Shown here piece by piece: positions 38,069 to 51,451 of a stretch of 64,000 nucleotides of DNA. A program made the translations under genes and the position numbers. Each line of letters starts with the position of its first letter. Positions within the stretch are counted from its first letter, which is position 1. Origin of the DNA: Isurus oxyrinchus (taxonomy: Eukaryota); assembly GCA_026770705.1 (NCBI GenBank), contig JANJGN010000017.1:64976001-65040000 (forward strand), given 5' to 3'. The notes beneath the pieces are model-generated. The model had not been told where the DNA came from. It was given only the letters and a program-made list of their open reading frames with translations, and searched no databases.

Positions 38069-38824
38069 TATCTAAAATAAAAGATCTACATTTGTTTGGG
38101 AGCTTACTGTATGAAAATTGGCTCCTGTCTTTCCTACGTTACAATAATGACCACACTTCAAAAGTGCTTCATTGGTCACAGAGTGCTTTGGGATGTCCTG
38201 AATTTGTGAAATGAAAGCCTTTTTCATTTCACAAGTATCTCAATTTATGAAATGTTTTACAAAAATAAACTTGTGACACATTATATATTTATGATACTCA
38301 AGGAATTTTTTTTGTGCTGATCTATATCAAATTTGGGCAACTCCAGTCCTTTTATTTAAACCTTAAATTGTTCAACCAAGGATTTAGTTATTAACTAGTC
38401 AACCTCTCATTGCTCATAATGAATCAAAATCAAGTGTCATCTTCATGTGAAATGGTAGAGGGTGAGGACCATTGACTCAGGGCTTAGTCATAAATTAGCA
38501 TTCTATAAAGGCAGTCTTAAGCTTTATACTCCTGTTATAAATTCCTATGTCTACATTTACAATAGAACTGCTTATGTTAATGCGTCATGCCATAATTACA
38601 TCACCTCACCATTGGTGACACTGCAGCATCTCTACGAGGGAGAAGATTGAACACCTGGTTGGGGGGGGGTGATGGTTAAAGGATAAAGCTGAATAACTAA
38701 GGATGAAAAAATACATTTTTACCAAATTCATCCCATAAGCTGTGAGTGCAAAATATTTGCAAAACTTAGTTTAATCCTGAAAGATAATTTACATCATTAA
38801 AACACAGATGTCGTGAGGTGTTAA

Positions 38825-39300
38825 CACTAGAACTCAAGAAATTGGAGCAGGGGATGGCTCATTAAGCCTGCTCCGCCATTCAATACGTTCATAGCTGATC
38901 TTGGGCTTCAACCCCACTTCCCTGCCCATTCGCCATTGTCCTTAATTCCCTGAGGGACCAAAAATCTGCCTGTCCCAGCCTTAAATGTATTCAATGATGG
39001 AGCATCCAACAACCCCCTTGGGGTAGAGAATTCCAAAGATGCACAACCCTTTGGGTGAAGTAATTTCTCCGCATCTCAGTCCCAAAAGATCAGCCTCTTA
39101 TCCTGAGACGATGCCCCTGTGTTTTAGATTCCCTGACCAGCAGAAACAATCTCTCAGCGTCTACTCTATCAAACCCCTTCAGAATTTTATACGTTTCAAT
39201 GAGATCAGGTCTCATTCTTCACAGAGAAAATAGACCCAGTTTGTTCAGCCTCTCATCACAGGACAAGCCCCTCATCCCAGGGACCAATTTAGTGAACCAA
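38825..39300 (-). mobile_element. CR1 3' end
   Basis: agcctgctccgccattcaat...ggtagagaattccaaagat..acaaccctttgggtgaagtaatttctcc. Confidence 0.85.
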
Positions 39301-40179
39301 TGATGCTCCATTGTGTTTTGTAGTTTTTCACAATTTCTGGGAACTTTAGGCATGAAATTGGTCTTTGACACAAAACACCCGTCTAATTTTCTCTTCCACT
39401 GAAGTCAGTATTCTCCTTTATACTGGTCTGATTGACTCAGTTCTATGATGCAATTATAATCGATAGGAATTCACATTTGTTGCAAAATAAAACAAGTAAA
39501 GTTAAGACATAAGCATATAGGAGAAAAAAAATACTGTTCTCGTTTTTGTACAAGTGCCAAATAACTCAGACTGATATTCTTCCTCTGCTCTTTGATAGGT
39601 ATCTTTATCTAATTTTACCCTTCTAAAATAGTGGAGAAGGATTTGGTACAAGGATATTGAGAGTCTTTATGATTGTGTCCACAGTCACTTCTTGTATTCT
39701 CTCACACATGTTCCCTGGCACTCTCATACTCCAGCCCTCTCGCACAGCCGCCATTGCATGCCTGCGCTCTCGCATGCCCCTGGACTTCAGGACAGGAAGC
39801 TGATGCAGCCTCAGTAGCTGCCTGATAATCCCAGTAAGAGGCTGGGTCCATTTTGAGGGTTGGATGTCATTGGCATTGGGCTGGTGAGCTGTGTGCAGAA
39901 ACAAGCGCCCTGGGGCAGCCTTGTGGTTCCGGGGTGCAAGAAGGCTGGTCTGTGGATCAGCTGAATCTCTTTTGCTCTTTCCAGCCTGCATGCAGTAAAT
40001 CCTCTTTGGCTGGACTACCAGCTGATACTAGAGCCTAGTTCCACCCAACTCAGTACTGCCCTAAAATGGTAAACAGGCTCCTCAGTAAGTTATAGGATCC
40101 TGAACTGTATATTAAAGTCATCCTCCATCCTGAAGGACTGCCTAAGAAAAGATTAAAGGCTGAGCTTTCTCATGGATAC

Positions 40180-40575
40180 ATTGCCACACACTCTCTCTCA
40201 CACTCCTGAACCCACAAACACAGTCTGCCTCCTTCCTTCACTCTGCCTCATTCGCCCTCTGTCTCCTCACTCCCTCACTCACATGCTCACTGTCACACAC
40301 AGTCTGTCTCCCTCCCTTTCTCTTCCTCTCCCTCTGTCTCCTCACTCCCTTGCTCACACAATCACTCACACACAGTCCGTCTCCCTCTCTTTCTCTCACT
40401 CTCCTTCCTCTGCCTCACTCCCTCACTCATCCCTAATTCTTAACATAAACACAGTTTGTCTCTTTCTCTCACTCTCTCTGTTCCCTCCCTCACGCTAACT
40501 CTCACGCTTGTGAACACATGCAGCTCATCTCGCTTCCTCCCTCGCTCTCTTACACTCGTCTCAAACACGCACAGT
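40180..40575. repeat. CT/CA-rich low-complexity tract
   Basis: Degenerate ctctct/cacaca repeats. Confidence 0.8.
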
Positions 40576-41419
40576 GAACTGCAGCCTCTGATATCTGATT
40601 CTCAAGTTATGGTTTTTGGTTGAATGCTGACAGAAGTGTTGTTGCTTCATTTTTATGTTAATAGCTTTAATAGAAAATCCAAGTGATAAGAAACTGAAAA
40701 GTTATGGCTGTCCCAGTTCATGCTGTATCAATAATGCAATACAAGATGAGCTTCTAATAATTTTATATTAACCTGTCCATCAAAGTTGTTTACCTTACCT
40801 TTGTATTTAGTGAGAATTTAGTGAGAAATACCAATTGTCCAATATTATCCTACCCTATCCTGTTGCGCCACCTGCTGCCTTAAAATAGCAAGTCGCCTTT
40901 TATCTCAAAATACAGTTAAATTGGAAATAATAATGATAGGATTTAGGTTAACTCATTAATAACCAGCATCCTGTGAAACCCGCTAACAGGAATTCATTGT
41001 TCAAGTACCGAATGTTCAGAGAAGTGCTAAAGCCTGGTACAAAGTGCAAAAAAATGGAGATTTGATCAAATCCATCTTGCTGAGTTGAGAGTGCAAGGTT
41101 CAATATAGCATATTATTTTAGGTTTTAAATATGTTTTTGATTGAACTTTTCAACACTGATTATAATTTCAGCCTGAGAATCATATAGAGTCTGGTTTATT
41201 TAACAATCTAAAGCAAAAGTATTCCCTATGAAGGCTGAGGTAAATGGGCCCAATGGCCTTTCATAACCTTGTGATGATGCCCAATATACTGTCAGATAAT
41301 GTAGGTAAACCATTTGGAAGGAGTCTGCTGCCAGAGGCAGCCTATTCCATTGCAATACGTAGTAGAAATTCAGGCTCTCACAAACCTTGTTACATAAACA
41401 GACTCAAGTTATTCATTAA

Positions 41420-41550
41420 GATGAAAGCAAAATACTGGGGATGCTGGAAATCTGAAACAAAAACAAAATAGCTGGAAAAGCTCAGCAGGTCTGACAGCAT
41501 CTGCGGAAAGGAATACAGTTAACGTTTCGAGTCCGTATGACACTACATCA
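41420..41550. mobile_element. Penelope-derived terminal repeat (single arm)
   Basis: gatgctggaaatctgaaacaaaaacaaaatagctggaaaagctcagcaggtctgacagcatctg..gttaacgtttcgagtccgtatgac. Confidence 0.75.
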
Positions 41551-41677
41551 AGTTATTCATTGATCCTTTCCACTGTTAACACTGTAAACCATTTCAGTTG
41601 TTAAACAAAATTTTCTCTACTCCCATAAAGTTTGCCCCAGACATAATCATAAACGGGGTATGGGTAAAAGGATCTGA

Positions 41678-42420
41678 GGGTCCGGATTTTGCGGTAGCAA
41701 TGATGATGAAACTGACAGTATTCACTGTTGTTGCTCCACTCAACTAACAGCAACTTCTGGAGTCCACACATGTGCAGTTAAATATCAAAATCCAGATGCT
41801 GCTGTCAGTGATTCTACGTTTCTCTATAGGCTGCATTGTTAAATTCCACCTCTGCCCCTCCCCCAGACTGCAATCAATTAGAAATCACTGAACTGACAAG
41901 AACTTCCATTACGTTCTTAGTTTTGCAGTAAAAACCCTTGAGAAAGTTGCAACTTGTTGAATGAGATTTAACTATGGATTTTAAACAGCATACTAAATTT
42001 ATAGTTACTGCTTAACCCTCTCAGTAGCTCTGAAAAAGTAATTTCATATTTTTTGAATGTCAAATTTCTCCATTATGATAAGAAATTCCACATATTTTTG
42101 AAATAATATTTTTAAGCTTGCATGTTGCAATCAATTATTTCACTCCCTGTAAGAATTTAGAATTGGTGAAGGTATTCAGAGGTTTTTACTTCCTGGTTTT
42201 TGCTGACTGTGAGAATACGTCAGTGTAATTGGTTGCTTACCATGCCTGATGACATCACTGCTGCTGGATGTCTGGAGATCCTCATGACTTGATTCCAGAT
42301 TCAAATTAACATCAAGAAAGGGGAAGCCCACATCTCAGAGATCACTCGACCTTTGTGGGCAGCTTTCTTAGAGGCCAGTGATGGACATCGTTTCTTCACC
42401 ACTGACTGAAAGATCCAGCA
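41678..42420. mobile_element. Unclassified non-autonomous DNA element
   Basis: Starts gggtccggattttgc. Reverse-complement homology to the fragmented host repeat at ~18650-20525 (acagcaacttctgg; gtcaaatt.ctccat). Confidence 0.5.
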
Positions 42421-43368
42421 CGTTGAAACAATTGCGTAGTGCCAAACAGCAGGAGAAAATTTTCAGCTCAGTCAAGGCTGGAACTGAACATTCATTCGAC
42501 AGGACAGTGATTTAACCCATGATCCCATGCAGTGCTTGCTTTTGAGATGTGTTACATTACATTAAAATACAGCTTCTATATATTTTGAACCATGAAAATT
42601 CTGCAGGAATTTAGCCCTCTTGGAAGCATTGGCTTCTATAATGCTTGGATTGTTTCTCTGTTGGGTAGGTGTCTAAGTTGTAAGCTGTGAAAGCCTTGTG
42701 TGGAGTGAATTATTTTCCAAAGCTTCGATCTAATCTCTAAATACTTTGCGAAACACCTGTGCAGGAGGGAAGGCAGAGCTAAGTTAAACTATTCTGCCCT
42801 CAACAAATGAATTCTTCAACACATTCTGTCAAATGACAGCCCATGATTAACCAAAGAAATGTTAGCACATTTGCCAATCTTTTCTGCACATAGCTTTGAA
42901 AAACATTTATAACATATTAAATTAGGAAAAGGGAAAAAAAAATCTCATGAATTAACATTTTTTAAAGTACACCAACATTTAGTAGAGTGAAAGTGATAAG
43001 GAATAGCCACCTAGAGGTCTGGACTAATAACATTGCTATCAGCACCTAGACAGTAATTTGTTGGAGTGAGTCTCCAGCCCCCACTGTAGTTCCCGCCTGA
43101 TTTTAAATCATTGAAATCAAAGGAACGAAAATCGGATACGTTTTATAATGGGCCAACAGCTCTGTTTTCCAGGTTACTGACCAGGCAGTGAAGTTGAAAA
43201 TTGCTCCCAATACTTCTAACTGACAGGTATTAAATAAAGAAACCAAAAGTACATTCTGCCCAAACTCCGTCATTCAGAACAGACCACTGTCCTTAAAACA
43301 GACAAATTCCTAGCTATATTGTGGCAACCTTTATTCTTGAATGATATTTTATTGACCTTTTTCCATAG

Positions 43369-43392
43369 ATACAAAGAAGACAATATTAAAAG
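43369..43392 (+). CDS. PRKG1: Candidate 24-nt alternative PRKG1 microexon
   Basis: cctttttccatag|A TAC AAA GAA GAC AAT ATT AAA AG|gtatgt. Phase 2/2 like its host intron, open, adds YKEDNIKR. No transcript evidence. Confidence 0.45.
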
Positions 43393-44107
43393 GTATGTGA
43401 CACCTTTGTGTTTAAAATAATTAAACTAGAATCATTTAAATTGGAACATGCAAACAAGCCACTCAACTCATCCAGCTTGCATCATCCATCTGAGGTCCCC
43501 ACTCAAACCATTTCATTGTGTTAGGTGTTTGTACATTGCATGGGATGACAACTCAATGTATGGCATTTATGGCTCAAGTTCCTAGGCTGTGGTTTCTTGA
43601 GTTTATCATCGTGTCCTCTGGTTTAGAATCCTGAAACCTCCAAAGCCCACTTCCCACCATAACCTCCATCATCTCAAAAGCCTGGTGATGACTGTGTACA
43701 TACGATATTACTGTACACTTACCACAGGTTCCCCTCTCCAATACTTTCACTGAGGAGCTAACGCCTTTTAAACAAAATGGTTAAGTTTGTGGAGGGATGA
43801 ATTTGAAATGGTTGCATCAAGTCTCTGTATAATAGTATTGCATGCAGTGACATCCAGGATTAAAACCCTTCAAACAGGCCCCCCATGATACCGTACACTT
43901 TACCTCATAATCTACATTATAATAATATTTGCATATGGAGTGTACACGCATGGCATCAAGGTGGAGTCCAGTGTATAGCACCATTGCCTGGCTGCACCAC
44001 CAGCTGCATCTCATGCCAACCTGAGCCATGCAACTAACACATCGAGTCTGGACTTGTATGTTGTGTGGGGCAATTTCTCTAGTGTAATTTGGATATTTTT
44101 CTTGCAG

Positions 44108-44249
44108 AGGTTCATTCGATGATGCTACCACGCGTTTTTACACAGCCTGTGTGGTGGAAGCCTTTGCCTATTTGCATTCCAAAGGAATTATTTACAGGGA
44201 CCTCAAGCCAGAGAACCTAATCCTTGATCATCGGGGTTATGCTAAACTG
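44108..44249 (+). CDS. PRKG1: PRKG1 coding exon (catalytic loop)
   Basis: ttgcag|A GGT...AAA CTG|gtgagt. [47 protein letters not shown]. 142 nt. Confidence 0.98.
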
Positions 44250-45154
44250 GTGAGTTTTGGAAGGCTGTGGTTTTGTAAAAAGTCTACTCTTTTATTAACA
44301 CTTACAATGCCACTGGAGGGTAGGAAATTTGAAGCATCTTTGGCTGGCCAGTTTAGCTCTGAGTTCATAAACTGCAACACTGCCCAGAATTCACAAGTGG
44401 CTTTATACTAGTATATTTAGGTCATCTAAACAAGCACTTTGAAAATAAACTGTTCAATTCTACCAGCCATTCCTTCTCTGTCCATCACTCTCTATTTTGA
44501 CTATTTTAGTTTTGCTTTCATTGATTCTCCACTTCGTTCTCCCCATTGATTTTTTTTTTAATCTTAAAGTTTAATTATTTTATCTCCCTGCTTTCCCCTT
44601 CCCAACTAACCAACATGAATGTGAGAGTCATATCCCTAAAGCTTGGATTTAATGGCTGGACAGCAGCTCCAAAGGACAGTTTTCCTAGGGAATTGAGGTC
44701 CGAGAGTCTAAGTATTGATGTCAGGTTTGTGTTCTGGCCATTGCACCCCACAAGTGTTTTCTTCCCTACTTTAGATTCCCAACTTCATTTCCTGAAATGA
44801 GAGGAAAGGCAGGCCTCAGGCCTCAATCCACCTGTCTTCAGGATTCTGCCCAAATTGCCCATCGGCTGACCATTGGTGCAATGGTTTTTCAACAAAAGCC
44901 AGGTTAACTTCCCTCCTTGGCTGGGAGGAAACCAGCTGCCATCATTATAAGGGAAACTGCATGCGTGAATTCTATCCATCCACCTCATCACTTGGTGCAA
45001 CCTAGTAAGTGAAGACTGACCTTGACCTCTAAATAATGTCTGAGCCAAACATTAAACAGTGTCTTTATTGGTCACTCAGAGCGTTATGTTGCAAATTATA
45101 GCCCAGAAGGACTTTACAGAGTCACAAATTAAAGGTACTTGTCTGTGTGATTAG

Positions 45155-45319
<165 letters not shown>

Positions 45320-45797
45320 TGAGAAAATCCAGAACAGATTTACAGTACCCTATATTATATGTAACTTCTTTAGTCTGCTGATCCATCATGAACATACTGC
45401 AAGGCTTGTGTGCATTGCACTCGCTTCCTGTCACACTTCAGCAGTCATTCCTGAAGGCCTACTCCAGTGTAAACTCTGACCCACCGTAACTATTTTATCC
45501 TTCTAGTCCCACACTATTTCCTAAACTGAGAAGAGGCTGCATTTAATACTGCAAAGAAACATTTCCAAACACGCAATTTGTTTCTTTCTAAGCTGCAAGA
45601 AGACACAAGTCAACCCCCTTTGTATGATCTATCCCTGACTGGTACCAAATCTCACCTCAGGGCACTGAGTTTATATGTTAGCTGAAATTGGATTCAAATG
45701 CTGTTTTCCCAATGCTCGTAAACAGACTTGACAGGAAATAACTATGTTACAAATGCAATCTTAATTCTGCCATAAATTTTGATGGAAAAGCTATCTG

Positions 45798-46305
45798 CCT
45801 GGCACAGCTGGTAGCAGCCTCACCTCTCGAGTCAGAGGTTTGTGCCTCAAGCCTCAGGTCAGGCTGTCAGCATGCCATCCAGGCTAATGTTTCAGCTTGT
45901 TACTGAGGGAGTGCCGCATTGGCTGAGTTGCCATCTTTCAGATGTGACAGTGGGCCAAGATCCCAACTGTCTCCTCAGATGGACATAAGAGACCCCATGG
46001 CACTAGCTCAAGAAAAAAAGTAAAGGAGTTCTCCCCGGTGTCCTAGTCAGTGTCCACCCCTTGACCAACATCACTAATATTGACTGGATGATCATTTACC
46101 GCATCTGCTGTGCACAAAATTGTATACATCAACAACATGATTGAAAAAGAAAAGATTAATCAGCTATTCCTCATGTGTGCTGTTCATGGGACATTGTATG
46201 CAACTTAGTTGCTGCTTTTGGCCATGAATGAAAGTGGATAAACTTCAAAAATAATTGGAAGACCCAGAGGATCTGAAGTGGTTTATGTAATTGCAAATTA
46301 TTTCT
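45798..46305 (+). mobile_element. Deu-domain SINE
   Basis: ctcagatggacataagagaccccatggcact..ggagttctccccggtgtcctag..ccaacatcactaa. Confidence 0.8.
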
Positions 46306-46518
46306 CACGAGGACGGGGAAAGATTTTCCTTCTTTGATGGCAAGGAACATGCTTCATGTAGAAGAAAATCAAACATAAAGATGGAAAGAAGCATGGAAAT
46401 TCATTTAACAGTGCAGCTAAAAGGCCAGGCCTATATTTATTGCTTGGGGATAAATGCTCGGTTTTCTAGTCATTGTGTGAAATGATTTCTAATTCTGTAT
46501 TGCCTCTTCATTTTATAA

Positions 46519-46644
<126 letters not shown>

Positions 46645-46881
46645 TGAGTTTCCGCCAGAATTGGCCATGGCGAGGGTATGAAAAAATTCAACCAGCTGAA
46701 CTGGTCAGAGTTGTAAATCTCTTTGACCAATTGCCTGTGTGACATTTAGAAGAGAGTTCTTCCCTCCCCTCCTGTCACTTTAATTTGTTCCGGGGTTTAA
46801 GTCAAAACACGACTGTAGGAAAAGGTCAAAGTATTGAAGAGGGATTCAATTATTTAAAAACATTCTCTGCTCTCTTATCAG

Positions 46882-46944
46882 GGACAATCCATCAGAAAGA
46901 CTTGGGAACTTGAAAAATGGAGTTAAAGACATTCAAAAACACAA
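46882..46944 (+). CDS. PRKG1: PRKG1 coding exon
   Basis: atcag|G GAC...CAC AA|gtgagt. [20 protein letters not shown](K). 63 nt. Confidence 0.97.
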
Positions 46945-47064
46945 GTGAGTCTTTCCTTAATGACATCTTTGTGCAATATTGTATTAGACTTAAAGCAACC
47001 TACTTAACTACCTAAGTGTACTGTAACAAAGAGACTCCTTTTTATTTATAATACATTGGGGTAT

Positions 47065-47756
47065 GAGCAGAATTTGCCCTTGGCGAGTGAGCTCGGCGGG
47101 GGGCAGTTGGGAAGCCGCCCGCCGCCTGTGATTGGCACCGGACCGTGATTTCACACTGGTGGGCCAGTTAAAGTCCGCCCAGTGTGAAACTTGAGTGGCA
47201 ATGTTGGGCGCTGCCTGTGCGGTGGGTGTGGGGGAGGGGGAGGAAGATGGCGAGCCAGACGAGTGTGACCTTTGTGCGAGTGCACGCTTCATAATCTCCC
47301 TGAGGCACAGAGCTGCCTTGGGGAGATGAAGAGATATGAAAAATAATAATTTAAAAAATGAAAATATAATGAAACATGTCTCCTCATGTGACTCTGTCAC
47401 ATGAGCAGGGACATGTTTCTAAATCAATTTTAAAACTTTTATTTGTATTTGCTTTTGAAAACCTCATCGTGCCCATGGATGAGGTTTCTAAAAAAAATAC
47501 AAAGGCCACTTGGCCTTTTTACCTGCCCACCAACAGTTAGGTTGGACAGGCAGTGCAAAATTTACTTTAATTGATTACTTAATGGCCTTAACAGGCCTTC
47601 TGATTGTCGGTGGGCACGCTGCAGGCTCCGGCATGCGCCTGGTGACCGAACTATCGCGCAACTGCGCGTTGACGTCAGCATGTTTGGCCAACGCATGTCA
47701 TTTCACGCTAGAGCAGGTTGGGCATGAGCCTGCCTGCCGAGCTAAAATTTCTGCCC
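47065..47756. mobile_element. Harbinger MITE derived from the 56451-60560 family (inverted)
   Basis: TIR gagcagaatttgccc / gctaaaatttctgccc. TSD TAT. Both subterminal regions align to the autonomous element. Confidence 0.9.
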
Positions 47757-48219
47757 TATGTATCAGAGCTTGTGCACCCATTAATTGTATGTTGTAATCT
47801 AATAATTTTGTGCATTCACTTAGTGAGTGGATTGTTTACTTTAACCCTGTTTCTTCAAATTGCTATTCTGCATGGGCAGTTGTTGAAAAAGTGCTAGGTT
47901 CGATTTTAAGGGTTTCCTCCCTTGATAAGCAACACTTATCAAAGTTCAATTAAAACAACTGAGTCTTCATGAACATGTACATTAAATTACTGATGCTAGT
48001 TAAAAACGTTAACAGCCATGGATTGATGGCTGAGGTCTAGCACTGATTGAAAATCATTAGAACTAATAATCGTCTTGAATAAGTTAGACAGCACTGGGAC
48101 AAAACTTGGTTAAAAAAAGTTGTCGTTGGAAATATGCCCATTTCGATTTTTGGATGAACATCAGTTTAGGCATTCTGGATTCTCATCCACACGAGCTGCC
48201 TGCTTTGGCTGTGCCAGAT

Positions 48220-51200
48220 TTTTTTTTATTCATTCATGGGATGTGGGCATTGTTGGCTATGCCAGCATTTATTGCCCATCCCTAGTTTCCCTTGAGAAGG
48301 TGGTGGTGATCTGCCTTCTTGAACCGCTGCAGTCCATGTGGTGTAGGCACCTACAGTACTGTTAGGAAGGGAGTTCCAGGATTTTGACCCAGTGACAGTG
48401 AAGGAACGGTGATACATCTCTACCTTAGGATGATGAGTGACTTGGAGGGGAATTTCCAGGTGGTGGTGTTCCCATCTATCTGCTGCCCTTGTTCTTCTAG
48501 ATGGTAGTGGTCGTGGGTTTGGAGGGAGTTGTCTCAGGAGCCTTGGTGAATTCCTGCAGTGCATCTCGTAGATGGTACACACTGCTGCTACAGTGTGACG
48601 GTGGTGGATGTGGTGCCAATCAAGCGGGCTGCTATGTCCTGGATGGTGTCAAGCTTCTTGAGTGTTATGGGAGCTGCACTCATCCAGTCAAGTGGAGAGT
48701 ATTCCATCACACTCCTGACTTGTGCCTTGTAGATGCTGGACAGACTTTGGGGAGTCAGGGGATGAGTTACTTGTTGCACGATTCCTAGCCTCTGACCTGC
48801 TCTTGTAGCCACAGTATTTATATGGCTTGGCCTGTTCAGCTTCTGGTCAATGGTAACCCCCAGGATGTTGATAGTGGGGGATTCAGTGATGAGCCATTGA
48901 ACATCAAGGGGCAATGGTTGGATTATCTCTTGTTGGAGATGGTCTTTGCCTGACACTTCTGTGGCACGAATGTTACTTGCCACTTATCAGCCCAAGCCTG
49001 GATATTGTCCAGGTCTTGCTGCATTTGGACATGAGATGCTTCAGTATCTGAGGAGTCGCGAATGGCGCTGAACATTGTGCAATCATCAGCGAACATCCCA
49101 ACTTCTGACCTTATGATGGAATGAAGGTCATTGATGAAGCAGCTGAAGATGATTGGGCCAAGGACACTAGCCTGAGGAACTCCTGCAGTGATATCCTGAA
49201 ACTGAGATGGCTGACCTCCAACAATCACAACCAACTTCCTTTGTGCTAGGTAAGACTCCAAGCAGTAGAGTGTTTTCCCCCTGATTCCCATTGACTCAAT
49301 TTTTGCTAGGGCTCCTTGATGCCACACTCGGCCAAACGCTGCCTTGATGTCAAGGGCAGTCACTCTCACTTCACCTCTTGAGTTCAACTCTTTTGTCCAT
49401 GTTTGAACCAAGGCTGTAATGAGGTCAGGAGCTGAGTGGCCCTGGCGGAACCCAAACTGGGCTTCAGTGAGCAGGTTATTGCTAAGCAAGTGCTGCTTGA
49501 TAACACCGTTGATGGCCCCTTCCATTACTTTACTGATGATGGAGCAGACTGATCAGGCGATAATTGGCCCAGTTGGATTTGTCCTGTTGTTTCTGTACAA
49601 GACATACCTGGGCAATTTTTCACGTAGCCGGGTAGATGCCAGCGTTGAAACAGCTTGGTTAGGGGCGCAGCAAGTTCTGGAGCATAAGTCTTCAGTACTA
49701 TTGGCAGAATGTTGTTAGGGCTCATAGCCTTTGCGGTATCCAGTGCCTTCAGCCGTTTCTTGATATTACATGGAGTGAATCGAATTGGCTGAAGACTGGC
49801 ATCTGTGATACTGGGGACCTCTGGAGGAAGTCGAGATGGATCACCCACTCAGCACTTCTGGCTGAAGATTGTAGTAAATGCTTTAGCCATATCTTTTGCA
49901 CTGATATGCTGGACTCCTCCATCATTGCAGATAAGGATATTTGTGGAGGCTCCTCCTCCAGTGAGTTGTTTAATGTCCGCAACCATTCATGAATGGATGT
50001 GGCAGAACTGCAGAGCTTAGATCTGATCTGTTAGTTGTGGGGTCCCTTAGCTCTGCCTAGCACTTGCTGCTTATGCTGTTTGGCACACAAGTAGTATTGT
50101 CTTATAGCTTCACCAGGTTGACACCTCATTTTCAGGTATGCTTGGTGCTGCTCCTTGCATGCCCTCCTGCACTCTTCAGTGAACCAGGGTTGATTCCCTG
50201 GCTCGATGGTAATGGTAGAGTGGGCGATATGCTGGGCCATGAGGTTACAGATTGTGTTCAATTCTACTGCTGCTGATGGCCCACAGCATCATGGATGCCC
50301 AGTCTTGAGTTGCTAGATCTGTTTGAAATCTATCCCATTTAGTGCCACACAACACGATGGAGGGTATCCTTAATGTAAAGGCGGGACTTCGTCTCCACAA
50401 CAACTATGCTGTGGTCACTCCTGCTGATACTGTCATGGACCAATGCATCGGCGACAGGCAGGTTGGTGAGGATGAGGTCAAGTATGTTTTTTACTCTTGT
50501 TGGTTCCCTCACCGCCTGCTGCAGTCTAGCAGCTATGTCATTTAGGAGTTGGCCAGCTCAGTCAGTAGTGGTGCTACCAAGCCACTCTTGGTGATGGAAC
50601 ATTGAAGTTGACCAGCCAGAGAACATTGTGCACCCTTGTCACCCTCAGTGCTTCCTCCAAGTGGTGCTCAACATGGAGGAGCACTGATTCATCAGCTAAG
50701 GGAGGGCAGTACGTGGAAATCAGCAGGAGGTTTCCTTGTTCATGCTTGACCTGATGCCATGAGACTTCATGGGGTCCAGAGTCAATGTTGTGGACTCCCA
50801 GGGCAACTCCCTCCTGACTGTATACCACTGTACCGCCACCTCTACTGGGCCTGTTCTGCCGGTTGGACAGGACAAACCCAGCAGAGATGGCAGTACAGTG
50901 GATGGTGGTGTCTGGGACATTATCTGTAAGGTATGATTCCATGAGGATGACTATGTCAGGCTGTTGCTTGACTAGTCTGTGAGACAGACTGTAAGACTAA
51001 CCCCCAGATATTAGTAAGGAGGACTTTGCAGTGTCGACATGGCTGAGATTCCCGTTGTCATTTTCGGTGCTTAGGTCAGTGCCGGGTGTTCCGTCTGGTT
51101 TCATTCCTTTTTTGTGACTTTGTAGCAGTTTGTTACAACTGAGTGGCTTGCTAGGCCATTTCAGAAGGAATTTAAGAGTCAGTCACATTGGTGTGGATCT

Positions 51201-51451
51201 GGAGTCACATGTAGGACAGACCAGGTAAGGATGGCAGATTTCCTTCCCTAAAGGACATTAGTGAACAAAATGGGTTTTTACAAAAATCGACAATGGTTTC
51301 ATGGTCATCATTAGACTTACTTTCAGATTTTATAATGAATTCAAATTTCACCATCTGCTATGGCAGGATTCAAACCCAGGTCCACAGAGCATTACCCTGG
51401 GTCTCTGGACTATTAGTCCAGCGACAATACCACTACGCCATCGCCTCCCCT
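48220..51451 (-). mobile_element. Near-complete CR1-group LINE (APE endonuclease and RT) with a tRNA-like head
   Basis: EN: NIWGL..QQPDIVILMESYL..SRGGG..YCPP. RT: QFGFRQGHSAPDL..LDIKAAF.RVWH..GVPQASVLGP..MFADD. Poly-A tail. TSD TGCCAGAT at 48212-48219 and 51452-51459. Confidence 0.92.
51366..51440 (-). promoter_or_regulatory. Pol III type-2 promoter-like A and B boxes at the LINE 5' end
   Basis: A box TGGCGTAGTGG (51440-51430). B box GGTTTGAATCC (51376-51366), one mismatch to GGTTCGANTCC. Confidence 0.7.

Larger units (their letters stand above)
36430..38215 (+). mobile_element. Deu-domain SINE (SacSINE1/AmnSINE1-like) split by two insertions
   Basis: tRNA-like head at 36430-36540. Deu core ctcaggtggatg..cccatggcaccatttgaagaa..ggtgtcctg..tttatccctcagccaacatc. 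Tail cacttcaaaagtgcttcattgg..gctttgggatgtcctga. Confidence 0.8.

Noticed and set aside
51360-51450. True tRNA gene
   Set aside because: The A-to-B box spacing is too long, no cloverleaf or anticodon arm is evident, and it is contiguous with a retroposon body.
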